Source: Chthoniobacteraceae bacterium (GTDB lineage Bacteria > Verrucomicrobiota > Verrucomicrobiia > Chthoniobacterales > Chthoniobacteraceae). From it: DNA of 21,240 bases. Shown piece by piece: positions 6,982 through 15,620 of this stretch. The position numbers and the translations under genes are program-made. The notes below the pieces were generated by a model, which did not search any database, had not been told where the DNA came from, and was given only the letters and a program-made list of their open reading frames with translations. Positions within the stretch are counted from its first letter, which is position 1. Each line of letters starts with the position of its first letter. The stretch spans positions 1-21,240 of the forward strand of contig JANNWY010000126.1 in assembly GCA_031409335.1 (NCBI GenBank), in the 5' to 3' direction.

Positions 6982-7502
6982 GGGCAGATGCGGAGCTGAC
7001 GTTGGATGCAGGCGCTGAGCTGCTCGCGCAGCCGCAGCAAAACCATTTTCACCGCGCTCTCGCTGCGGCCCGTGGTGCCGGAGAGCTGACGCACGCTGTG
7101 TCCGGCGATGTAGTGCTCCTGGAGCAATTCACGCTGCTCCGGCATCAATTTCTCGAGGCAGGCGCCCAGCGCCTCGCGGCGGTCTTCAAACTGAGTCGCC
7201 GCCATCTCCGTCTCCTCGGCCATCGCCAGCACCACATCCTCGTCAAAGACCAGCCGGTCACGCATCCGGTCGCGGATGTGCGAGAGCACGGTGAACCGCG
7301 CCACCGCAAAGGCCCACGGCAGAAACTCCGTCTCCGGGTTCCACTCTCCCGACTTTTCCCACAGCTTCACGCACGTTGCCTGCAATGCTTCCTGAGCATC
7401 CTGCCGGTTCGCCAACTGCGCATGGCAAAACGCTTCCAACGCCGGTTGATGCCGGGTCAGCGCAGCGATGAATCGCGATGAGTCTTGTGCAGAGGTAGCC
7501 AT
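6978..7502 (-). CDS. ECF sigma-70 factor (Rhodopirellula/Verrucomicrobium type)
   Basis: 174 aa. Region 2 is DAQEALQATCVKLWEK...FLPWAFAVARFTVL...RDRLVF and region 4 is CLEKL...QRELL..HY...SVRQLS...SESAVKMVLLRLREQL. Confidence 0.95.
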   Translation of the reverse strand: MATSAQDSSRFIAALTRHQPALEAFCHAQLANRQDAQEALQATCVKLWEKSGEWNPETEFLPWAFAVARFTVLSHIRDRMRDRLVFDEDVVLAMAEETEMAATQFEDRREALGACLEKLMPEQRELLQEHYIAGHSVRQLSGTTGRSESAVKMVLLRLREQLSACIQRQLRICP

Positions 7503-7512
7503 TACACGGGGT

Positions 7513-7548
7513 TAATTCCAACTGAGGCGGCCTCGGTCACAATTTTTT
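7513..7548 (-). promoter_or_regulatory. Possible ECF-type promoter upstream of the sigma gene
   Basis: The minus strand reads AAAAAATT-GTGACC-N16-GAATTA-N10-ATG in the 55-bp intergenic gap. Based on pattern resemblance only. Confidence 0.25.
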
Positions 7549-7557
7549 GCGGGGTTT

Positions 7558-9003
7558 TCACCGTGATGCCGACTTGGCCGTGCGGTAGAGGCGCGTGCCA
7601 CGCGAATCGAAATGCTCGATGACCAGCTCAGTTCCTGCGGTGATTTGGAGAAAGCCGCCGTTCGGAGTTGGCGAGGTGTAGAGTTGTCGAACGAGCGCCT
7701 GCGGGTCGGAGCCATTCTTATCACCGGGCGCGACGCCGAGACGGGAGTTTTCATCGTTCAGCGCACCACACGCGAACTCTTCGACACCCGATGGATGGAT
7801 GCTGTGGTATTGCCAGTGACGGTCTCCGCAGATGATCGTGAAATGACCGATCTGATTTTCCTTCAGCCAGGCGAAGAAGGCAGCCGCTTCGTGGCGGAAG
7901 CCACTGAGATCGGCGTGGTTGTCGATCTTCTTTATGTCGTCGGGCCCGACCATCGGCGTGGGCGAGATGAGGATCTTCCATTTGGCATTGCTCGCCTTGA
8001 GGGTCGTCTTCAACCACTCACGTTGCTCCGCGCCCCAGAGTGATTTTTCGGGCCCGTCGGCCATCTCATTGGGCGAGCGATAGTCACGTCCTTCCGTAAG
8101 CCAGATTTGCAGATCCTTGCTGACACGATGCGTGCGGTAAGTAGGCTTGTCGCTGTCTGCAGACCGCAGGGGCAGTTGCTCGCGGAACATGTCGATGCCG
8201 GTTTTTGGAAGAGGGAGCTGGTCGGTGCTATTGTCCGACTCGTTGTAGCGGAAGTCGTGGTCGTCTTTCGACCAGTAGGTCGGGATGCGGCGGAAGTACT
8301 CGATCATTCGCGGAAACCGAAATTGCTCGTGCCAGCATTGGCGCAACTGCGGGACCGTCCTGGCCACACGCATCGGGTGGTCGTAATAAACGATGTCGCC
8401 GGTGCCGACAAAAAAGTCCGGGCGCAGTTTCAGCATCGCCTCGAAGGAAGGATAGCCGAGACGCTTGTCGCGTTCCGTGGCCGTCTCGGGGCCGCTGGCC
8501 TTGCCCCGTTTGCCGTGCATGAACTTGTTGTAGTTCATGCAACTGCCCACGATAAAGCGCACCGGCGTGGCGATCGCCGCACCTGCCAAGGTCTTGAAGG
8601 AACAGATCGGGCCGGCCTGAGCCGTCGCTTCCGTGGCACCATAGCTGGCACGGTAATGGTAAGTAGTGTTGGGCTTCAGGTCGCTCAGTTCCGCACGCAC
8701 GATGAAGTCATGTCTGTCAGCCGCCGGTTGAAACGGAGTGCGCTGCACATCGGTAAAGTCCTCCTGCGTGCTCCATTCAAAACATGCCACGCCCGCACCT
8801 CCAGGCAGATCACCGTCAGCAGCAAGTTGCGTCGCCAGGGTCAGTCGTGTCTGGAGCAAGACGGAGGAGTCGGTGACTTCACCAGACATCGTTCCCTGCC
8901 CGAGGAAGATGGGAACCGCTTGGGATTCCGCAGCCAACGAGGAAGAACCACGCCACACGAGCAGCGGGAAGAGTTTCAGGAATAAACGGCGGGCGATGTT
9001 CAT
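7558..9003 (-). CDS. Alkaline phosphatase D (PhoD)-family metallophosphoesterase, Tat-exported
   Basis: MNIARRLFLK Tat-like signal; GSCMNY, GTGDIVYYD, KDDHDFRYN, EGRDYRS and ICGDRHWQY motifs. Start placed at ATG 9003; ~481 aa. Confidence 0.9.
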   Translation of the reverse strand: MNIARRLFLKLFPLLVWRGSSSLAAESQAVPIFLGQGTMSGEVTDSSVLLQTRLTLATQLAADGDLPGGAGVACFEWSTQEDFTDVQRTPFQPAADRHDFIVRAELSDLKPNTTYHYRASYGATEATAQAGPICSFKTLAGAAIATPVRFIVGSCMNYNKFMHGKRGKASGPETATERDKRLGYPSFEAMLKLRPDFFVGTGDIVYYDHPMRVARTVPQLRQCWHEQFRFPRMIEYFRRIPTYWSKDDHDFRYNESDNSTDQLPLPKTGIDMFREQLPLRSADSDKPTYRTHRVSKDLQIWLTEGRDYRSPNEMADGPEKSLWGAEQREWLKTTLKASNAKWKILISPTPMVGPDDIKKIDNHADLSGFRHEAAAFFAWLKENQIGHFTIICGDRHWQYHSIHPSGVEEFACGALNDENSRLGVAPGDKNGSDPQALVRQLYTSPTPNGGFLQITAGTELVIEHFDSRGTRLYRTAKSASR

Positions 9004-9065
9004 GAGTGTTTTGGGACAGGTTGAAGAAGGAGATTTTTCATCACATAGATTGGAAGACCGCAGGG

Positions 9066-9230
9066 AAACCTTTCGAGAGTCGGTGCGACGAGTTACTTGT
9101 TCCCGTAACAACCGACGCGCGGAAAGCTATGGTCATCGGAGAGGAAGAGCAGGACGTTCAGTTGCAGCCCGGCGGCGGGCAGCGCGAGTCGCTATGTGAG
9201 CAATGTGAAGCTGACGAGCTGGAGCTTCAT
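9066..9230 (-). pseudogene. Decayed N-terminal fragment of a secreted sulfatase
   Basis: Translation from ATG 9230: MKLQLVSFTLLT*RLALPAAGLQLNVLLFLSDDHSFPRVGCYGNK*LVAPTLERF. This matches the sulfatase N-terminus (PNxxxxxxDD...GCYG...TPNxDR), with stops at 9192-9194 and 9093-9095, and ends before the CxPxR motif. Confidence 0.82.
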
Positions 9231-9263
9231 AAAAGTGCGGGTCAGCGGTGCGGGGAGAATGAG

Positions 9264-11021
9264 CTACGGTTTGGGATTTGCCGCACGCGGGGCGTCGGGT
9301 CTGGGGAGGACGTTCGTGCGTTTCGCCCACGCTTCCCATTTTGCGGACATGTCCTTCACGCGCTCCGGTTGCGAGGCGGCGAGGTCATTCATCTCCACGC
9401 GGTCGGCGTCCATGTCGTATAGCTCCCATAGCGCGGTGCCGGCGGAGACGAGTTTCCATTTACCTTCGCGAATCGCGCGGTTGCCCTCGTGTTCCCAGGC
9501 GAGGAGACGGGGAGGCAGCGAGGCGGAGGAACTGGGAGCCGAAGCCAGTAACGGGCGCAGACTCACGCCTTCCAACGGGAGGACTTTCTTTCCATCCCAC
9601 TCTGCGGGATACTTCGCGCCTGCGATGTCCACACACGTTGCCATGAGGTCAATGAGATGCGCCGGCTCGCGCACGAACCGCCCCTTTGCCGTGTCTTTCC
9701 CAACGGAAGCCGGCCAGTGCGCGATGAGCGGCGTGCCGATGCCGCCTTCGTGGCCGTAATGTTTGTAGAGGCGCCACGGTGTGTTGCACGCGTTTGCCCA
9801 GCCGGAGCCGTAGCTCGGGAACGAACCGGCCTGGCCCATCGTCGCGAGTTCATCGCCGCGGTAGAGTTTGTTCGGGAGCGCCTGCGTGCCCTGGTTGAGG
9901 CCGGTGCCGGGCACGGGATTCGGCGTCGGCAGCATCTCGAATCCGAATGGCTCCCACTCCGCGCATGCGCCGTTGTCGCTGAGGAAAAGGATGAGCGTGT
10001 TGTCGAGTTGTCCGCTGGATCTCAAGTCGGCGAGCAGGCGTCCGATGTTGCGGTCCATGCCCGTGACCATTCCAGCATAGACTGCCATGCGCTGCGCGAG
10101 GTCGGCCCGTCGATCAGCGGGCAGCGAATCCCACGCGGGATTATTCCCGTCATCAGTCCACGAGCCGAGACGCTTGGAAGCGACGGGATGGGTGATCTTG
10201 CTGCGCGGCGTGAGCGCGGTCCCCTCGGGCAGCAGGCCGATTTTCTTCTGCCGCGCGAGGCGTTGCTCGCGGATCTTGTCCCAGCCTTGCGCGTAGATTT
10301 CCGAGTAGCCGGTCATGTCCTCGCGTTTCGACTGCACAGGGAAATGCGGGGCCTGATACCCAATGTAGAGCAGCCACGGCGCGCCCGCTTTTTGCATATC
10401 GGCGAGAAAATCCAGCGCGTGATCGGTGATCGCGTCGGTGGCGAAAAATCCGCCGGGCACGTAGCGGCGCTGCGGGCGGCCCTCGGGCAGGCGCGTCATC
10501 ATGCGCGGTTCCCACGAGTCCACTCCGTAGCCACCGACGAAGCCGTAGAAGTCATCGAAGCCGCGCTTGGTCGGCGGTTCGCTGTCGCCCACGTGCCATT
10601 TACCGGCGGCAGCAGTGCGATAGCCGGCGGGCTTGAGCACCTGCGCGATGGTCAAGCAGTTCGCGTTCAGCGCGCCGCGATAACCGGGGAACGCCTCACC
10701 TTTGTCCCCCGCACCTGGAAACTTCGCGGCCTTATCGGAAGTCATCAGCCCGATGCCCGCTTGATGCGGATAAATCCCTGTGAGTAGCGACGCCCGCGAC
10801 GGACAGCAGCGCGTGGAGGTATAGAACTGCGTGAAGCGCAACCCACCCGTGGCGAGCGAATCGAGATTCGGCGTGCGGATCTCACCGCCAAAGCACCCGA
10901 GGTCCGACCAGCCGAGATCATCAGCGAGGATGATGAGGATGTTTGGCCTGTCAGCCCCGGCGTGCAGCGGGGCCTGCGGCACCAGCAGCAGGGCGATGAT
11001 GAGCGTGACGATGTGTTTCAA
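9264..11021 (-). CDS. Secreted arylsulfatase (AtsA-like formylglycine sulfatase)
   Basis: Signal peptide, RPNILIILADDLGWSD, RCCPSRASLLTG, GKWH, QAPHFP, FLSDNGA and HEGGIGTPLI. The TTG start overlaps the upstream TGA. Confidence 0.96.
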   Translation of the reverse strand: MKHIVTLIIALLLVPQAPLHAGADRPNILIILADDLGWSDLGCFGGEIRTPNLDSLATGGLRFTQFYTSTRCCPSRASLLTGIYPHQAGIGLMTSDKAAKFPGAGDKGEAFPGYRGALNANCLTIAQVLKPAGYRTAAAGKWHVGDSEPPTKRGFDDFYGFVGGYGVDSWEPRMMTRLPEGRPQRRYVPGGFFATDAITDHALDFLADMQKAGAPWLLYIGYQAPHFPVQSKREDMTGYSEIYAQGWDKIREQRLARQKKIGLLPEGTALTPRSKITHPVASKRLGSWTDDGNNPAWDSLPADRRADLAQRMAVYAGMVTGMDRNIGRLLADLRSSGQLDNTLILFLSDNGACAEWEPFGFEMLPTPNPVPGTGLNQGTQALPNKLYRGDELATMGQAGSFPSYGSGWANACNTPWRLYKHYGHEGGIGTPLIAHWPASVGKDTAKGRFVREPAHLIDLMATCVDIAGAKYPAEWDGKKVLPLEGVSLRPLLASAPSSSASLPPRLLAWEHEGNRAIREGKWKLVSAGTALWELYDMDADRVEMNDLAASQPERVKDMSAKWEAWAKRTNVLPRPDAPRAANPKP

Positions 11022-12514
11022 TGCTTTGCCTTCTGGTTCTTCCTTTTCTCCGCCGTGGCTTCGTCGGTCCGGCTTTGCGGGGAAAGGTAATGATCGAACA
11101 CCTCACCCTGGCCGAGGGCGCGTGGGTCGTTCTGTTTCTTGAGTTCGTCCATGAGCGTCCCATGCAGGGTGGCGAGTTTTTCCGCGAAGGAGGGATTGGT
11201 GGCGAGGTTCACGACGCAGTCGGGATCTTTACTGAGGTCGAACAATTGCTCGGCCGGACGTTTGCCGAAGGCGTGCTGCCAGAAAGGATCTTGCTCGCCG
11301 CTTTCCGTCGCGAGAGTTTTGCTCGGACTGGCGTCGGTGTCCTTCGTGCCCAGTTCGGGATTGCCGCACGGCCAGCGGTCCGGGGCGAAGTTGTGGACGT
11401 AAAATAAATCACCCCTGCGAATCGCGCGCGCCGGATAGCCGAGACCCGCCGGCGAGCCCGGACGCGCCAGCACGTCGTTGCGCTCCCGCCCGACGATAAC
11501 CATATCGCGTTCGGCTTTCGCTTCGTTGCGGAGCAAATCGGTGAAGCTCCGACCGGTGATGGGCGACATGCCCTGCGCGGCGCCATTCACGCCGAACAGT
11601 TCGAGGAACGTCGGCGCGAGGTCTATGAAGCTGATGAAGTCCGCGACGCGGCGGCCCGGTTTCGTGATTCCCGCAGGCCATGCGGCGACGAACGGAATAT
11701 GATGCGCGTCGTCGTAGGTGTGACCCTTCACGCGAGGAAACGGCATGCCATGATCCGAGGTGACGATGACCAAGGTGTTCTTCGCCTCGCCGCTTGCTGC
11801 TAGCGCCGCGAGTAGCGAGCCGACCTGCGCGTCATAGGCTTCCACCTCCATCGCATAGTCAAGCATGTCGCCGCGGATGAGATCATTGTCGGGCCAGTAG
11901 GCGGGCACGCGTTCGATGTCGGAGGGTTTCTTGCCGGCGGCGATGCCGGAGCCGGGCTTGTAAGAGCGATGTGGGTTTTTACTGCCAAACCAATAGAGAA
12001 AAGGCGTGCCCGCCGCGCGCTTGTTAAGAAACGCAGTGAGGCCGGCACCGGGATCGCTCGCGTCTTTGCCACCGCCGCCGAGGGCGAAGTCGCGCGGGCT
12101 GCCATCAGCCAGTTTCGCTTCGCCCGGACCCCAGGTCTTGCCCGCAGCGCCGGTTCGGATGCCGGCCTTCGCGAGCGCTTCGCTGAAGGCCATGAACTTC
12201 GCAGGAAAATACGGCTGATGATTCGCGGCGTCCTCGATCTGCCACGGATTGCGGCCAGTGAGAATGGACGCCCTCGACGGCGCGCATTTCGACGTCGGAG
12301 TGTAGGCGTTTTCAAAGACCAGACCATGCTTTGCGAGGCGGTCAATGTTCGGCGTCTTTGCCCAGTTGCAGCCATAGGCTTCGCCAAAATGACGCGACGC
12401 ATCGTCGGCGATGATGAAAAGGACATTGGGCCGGACCGCCGCCGCATCCACCGCCCGCGCGGCGAAATACGGAGCCAGCAGCAGGGCAACGATAAGTGTG
12501 ATTGTATGTTTCAT
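11018..12514 (-). CDS. Secreted sulfatase (N-sulfoglucosamine sulfohydrolase/sulfamidase-like)
   Basis: RPNVLFIIADD, KCAPSRASILTG, NPHRSY, TSDHGMPFPRVKG, GRERND and GYPARAIR. Start placed at ATG 12514 (MKHTITL), with an ATGA overlap with the lactonase stop; ~498 aa. Confidence 0.94.
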   Translation of the reverse strand: MKHTITLIVALLLAPYFAARAVDAAAVRPNVLFIIADDASRHFGEAYGCNWAKTPNIDRLAKHGLVFENAYTPTSKCAPSRASILTGRNPWQIEDAANHQPYFPAKFMAFSEALAKAGIRTGAAGKTWGPGEAKLADGSPRDFALGGGGKDASDPGAGLTAFLNKRAAGTPFLYWFGSKNPHRSYKPGSGIAAGKKPSDIERVPAYWPDNDLIRGDMLDYAMEVEAYDAQVGSLLAALAASGEAKNTLVIVTSDHGMPFPRVKGHTYDDAHHIPFVAAWPAGITKPGRRVADFISFIDLAPTFLELFGVNGAAQGMSPITGRSFTDLLRNEAKAERDMVIVGRERNDVLARPGSPAGLGYPARAIRRGDLFYVHNFAPDRWPCGNPELGTKDTDASPSKTLATESGEQDPFWQHAFGKRPAEQLFDLSKDPDCVVNLATNPSFAEKLATLHGTLMDELKKQNDPRALGQGEVFDHYLSPQSRTDEATAEKRKNQKAKH

Positions 12515-13620
12515 GGTGGGAGAAGATGCCGGTCGAACTTTACGCCCAGCACCCAGGCGGGATTTTTGCCGCAGTCGTAAGTCTGCAGCGGAGTGAGCGC
12601 CCCGGTGGTGGTGTCGCGACGGTAGACGATCAGCCGGTTCGCGCCCTGGCCGGCGGATACGACGAACTTTTCGCCGCCGGGCATCAGGCAAAAGGAGCGT
12701 GGCGTTTTTTCCGTCGGCGTCTGGCCGAGCGACTTCAGTTCACCCGAGTCGGGATGAATCGAGAAGACGGCGAGGCTGTCGTGCCCGCGGTTCGACGCGT
12801 AGGCGAAGCGCCCGTCCGCGCTGACCTGAATGTCCGCGCTCGAGCCCTTCAATTTGTCCCAATTGTCCGGCGTCGTCGAGAGCGTCTGACGGATCTTCAA
12901 AGTGCCCGCTGTTTGATCATAGTCGCACAACGTCACGCTCTGGCCTTGCTCATTGACGAGATACACCCAGCGCCCGTTCGGGTGGAATTGCATGTGCCGT
13001 GGCCCCTGCCCGGGGCCGCCCCCCATCGACGGCGGCGTGTGCGGAGCGAGCGAGCCCGCGACCGGATCGAAGCGGAGCTGCTCGACTTTGTTCATCTCGC
13101 CCACGTGCGGGACAAAGGCGAAGCGATTGGCTGCATCAAGCTTCAAGGAGTGCGCCTTACTGCCCGTTGCCAGTGTCTGGACTGGCGCTCCTGTGATCAC
13201 GCCGTCCGTGATTCGGCTAAGCGTTACGACGCCTTCGCTGTAGGAAGCGGCGAGCAGCCAGCGGCCCGTCTTGTCCACCTGCACGAACGCAGCGTTCATG
13301 CCCGCAGGGCTAAAGACCGGATTGGCCAGCAAGCCGGTGGCGCGATCGATGGCGAGCGTCGCAAACTGCTTACCCGAGCGCACCGCAGCATAGAGGTGCG
13401 TACGATCCGCACCGATCGCCAGGCTACCCGGCGAGCCCGGCAAATCCACCGCGCCCGCACGGGTCAGTTCGCCGGTCTTTTCGTCCATCGAATAGACCGC
13501 GATGCGTTTCTCCCCGCTCTCGGAAACGTAAAGCACCGTCGGTGATGCATCAGCTGCGTGCAGAATTGCGGCCGCCGCAGGGAGCAGAATACCGGCGAAA
13601 AGTGCGAGGGTGTGTTTCAT
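12511..13620 (-). CDS. Lactonase, 7-bladed beta-propeller (Pgl/YbhE family), with signal peptide
   Basis: Motifs KAHS, GPRHMQFHPNGRWVYLVNE, ADIQVSADGRFAYASNRGHDS and TPRSF; hydrophobic N-terminus. Confidence 0.93.
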   Translation of the reverse strand: MKHTLALFAGILLPAAAAILHAADASPTVLYVSESGEKRIAVYSMDEKTGELTRAGAVDLPGSPGSLAIGADRTHLYAAVRSGKQFATLAIDRATGLLANPVFSPAGMNAAFVQVDKTGRWLLAASYSEGVVTLSRITDGVITGAPVQTLATGSKAHSLKLDAANRFAFVPHVGEMNKVEQLRFDPVAGSLAPHTPPSMGGGPGQGPRHMQFHPNGRWVYLVNEQGQSVTLCDYDQTAGTLKIRQTLSTTPDNWDKLKGSSADIQVSADGRFAYASNRGHDSLAVFSIHPDSGELKSLGQTPTEKTPRSFCLMPGGEKFVVSAGQGANRLIVYRRDTTTGALTPLQTYDCGKNPAWVLGVKFDRHLLPP

Positions 13621-13643
13621 AAGTGGGTGGAATTGTTGGATGC

Positions 13644-15593
13644 TTACAGCTTCACGACTCGCTGGCCGGATTCGGCCTTCGGCTTGGGTTCCAATGCGGC
13701 GAGGGTTTGTGTATCCGGTTTGTCCGTGCCGAGTTTGATGCTGTGTTTGCCGGTGGAATAGACCCGCGGTTGGAAACGGGCACCTTGCACGCGGACGGTG
13801 TAGAGGATTTCGCCGGTCGCTTCCTCGATGACCTGCACGACGGGATTCTCCGCGCCTTCAAAGACCAACTCCGGCAGCCAGCCGGCGACTTTGCGACCGT
13901 CGTTGGCGTCTTGCGCGACGGTGATCGGCCAGCCGGGGAACTGCGCCTTGTCGCCCAGCTTCGCATCGCTGAAGCGCGGCCAGCATTCGAAAGTGATGGT
14001 GCGTTTTGTCTTATTGAAGCGGGCGATGCCGTAGCCATCAGCGCGCTTTTTTTCGTCGGCGACATTGGGCGGGTTGGCGTAGGCCATCATGCTGAGCTTG
14101 TTCCCGAGGCCGTCGTGGAAATCACCGGTCCACGGTAGCGGGCTGTTCGGCACGGGGTTCGGGCCGGGCTTTTCATCGAGCGGATGCCACCAGCGTCCGT
14201 AGATCGTGTTCACAAGCGCGGGGCTGGTGAAGCCGTATGGGCCGTCGCCAAAGTGCTCGATGCCATGCTTCACGACGACCGCGAGATGCTGGTCGCCGCA
14301 GAGATGCACGGCCCACGCGCGACGGATTTCCTCAAGGGCACGATTGCGCGGCGTCTGCGGCCAGCCGTTGCAGTCGAGGTCGGCGAGCAGGCGGGCGTCG
14401 CGCTTGCCGTGCATGTGAACGGCGCCGCAGAAAGCCGTGGCGGAAAGCACGCACTTCATCTCCGCACCGCCGCTGTAGTCCTGCCCCCATGCGCGGAGGA
14501 ATTTTTCCTGACGCACACCGAGCAGTTGCAGGCCGGGCAGATCGATCGTCTTCGGGTCGTAGGCGGGATCGTTGATGTGATCCGGTCGCGGCCCCATCTT
14601 GGGAATCTTTCCCTCTGGACCGCTCTTAAACTTACGGTCTTCCAGAATGGCGAAGTCCACACCACCGACGTTGAGCCGCGTGAAATACACGGTCATCCCG
14701 CGCTCGACCGGCGCGGGGTCCACGGGGTCGGGCAGATTCCCCGACTGCTGACGCTGCACCTGGTTCACATACTCGACGGGGTAGCGATAGCCGCCATCGG
14801 CGTCGCCGGGAGTGGTCGAGCGCTTGCCGCTTTCGCCCCAGAGATTGCCGTGGCCCACATCGTGGTCGTCCGGGATGCAGATGGTCGGACGGTCGCGCAT
14901 GATGTCGCGGAACTGCAGGCCGAACTCGATCCAGCCCGCCGTGTGCTCGGTGTGGCGGTAGGTTTGGTCGCCGGCGAAGAACAGCAGGTCGGGATTCTGC
15001 GCCTTGAGATTATCAATGATCTCAGGCCGCAGGCCGGTGGTGCGACTGGAGTTGCAGGACATGTTCGCGATGACGATCTCCTGCTTGTCCACCGGGTCGC
15101 GACGGATCAAACCGTCGAACATCGCCTGCTCACCATGCCGAACGCGGTAGGGCACGTCCTTCGTCGCATCCCATTTCTCGACGCGGAAGTGTGCGTCCCA
15201 GCCGGGGTAAAGAACCGCCGACTTCGCGACCTCGATCCACGCACCGTCGCGCTGCACTTCCAGCCGCGCCTCCCGTGCCTCGCCGGGCTTGAGCGGATAA
15301 AGCTGCGCGCTCATTTTCATCACCCCGCCATGCTGGGTGTAGAGCGCAAAAGCCACGACCTGATCGCGCGGCACATCCATCGGCACGGACTTGTCCCGGT
15401 CTTTGCCTTTACCGGCTGCGCCGACAATTTTTTTGCTCCACCATTCGCCGGTGGCGAGCGAGTCGAGCTCGGGGAACTCCGCACCGAAGGGCTGCGGCGC
15501 TTCGTGCGCGAGCGACGTGGCAGACTTGAGGGCGAGTGCGCCGACTCCGGCGGCGGTCAGTTTGATGGCGGTGCGTCGGTTGATGGATTTCAT
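13644..15593 (-). CDS. Tat-exported PhoD-like metallophosphoesterase
   Basis: NRRTAIKLTAAG Tat signal; MSCN, FAGDQTY, IPDDHDVG, EDRKFKS and LCGDQHL motifs; 649 aa. Confidence 0.85.
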   Translation of the reverse strand: MKSINRRTAIKLTAAGVGALALKSATSLAHEAPQPFGAEFPELDSLATGEWWSKKIVGAAGKGKDRDKSVPMDVPRDQVVAFALYTQHGGVMKMSAQLYPLKPGEAREARLEVQRDGAWIEVAKSAVLYPGWDAHFRVEKWDATKDVPYRVRHGEQAMFDGLIRRDPVDKQEIVIANMSCNSSRTTGLRPEIIDNLKAQNPDLLFFAGDQTYRHTEHTAGWIEFGLQFRDIMRDRPTICIPDDHDVGHGNLWGESGKRSTTPGDADGGYRYPVEYVNQVQRQQSGNLPDPVDPAPVERGMTVYFTRLNVGGVDFAILEDRKFKSGPEGKIPKMGPRPDHINDPAYDPKTIDLPGLQLLGVRQEKFLRAWGQDYSGGAEMKCVLSATAFCGAVHMHGKRDARLLADLDCNGWPQTPRNRALEEIRRAWAVHLCGDQHLAVVVKHGIEHFGDGPYGFTSPALVNTIYGRWWHPLDEKPGPNPVPNSPLPWTGDFHDGLGNKLSMMAYANPPNVADEKKRADGYGIARFNKTKRTITFECWPRFSDAKLGDKAQFPGWPITVAQDANDGRKVAGWLPELVFEGAENPVVQVIEEATGEILYTVRVQGARFQPRVYSTGKHSIKLGTDKPDTQTLAALEPKPKAESGQRVVKL

Positions 15594-15620
15594 GTTGGTC
15601 GGTTAAGGCATTCTGCACCC

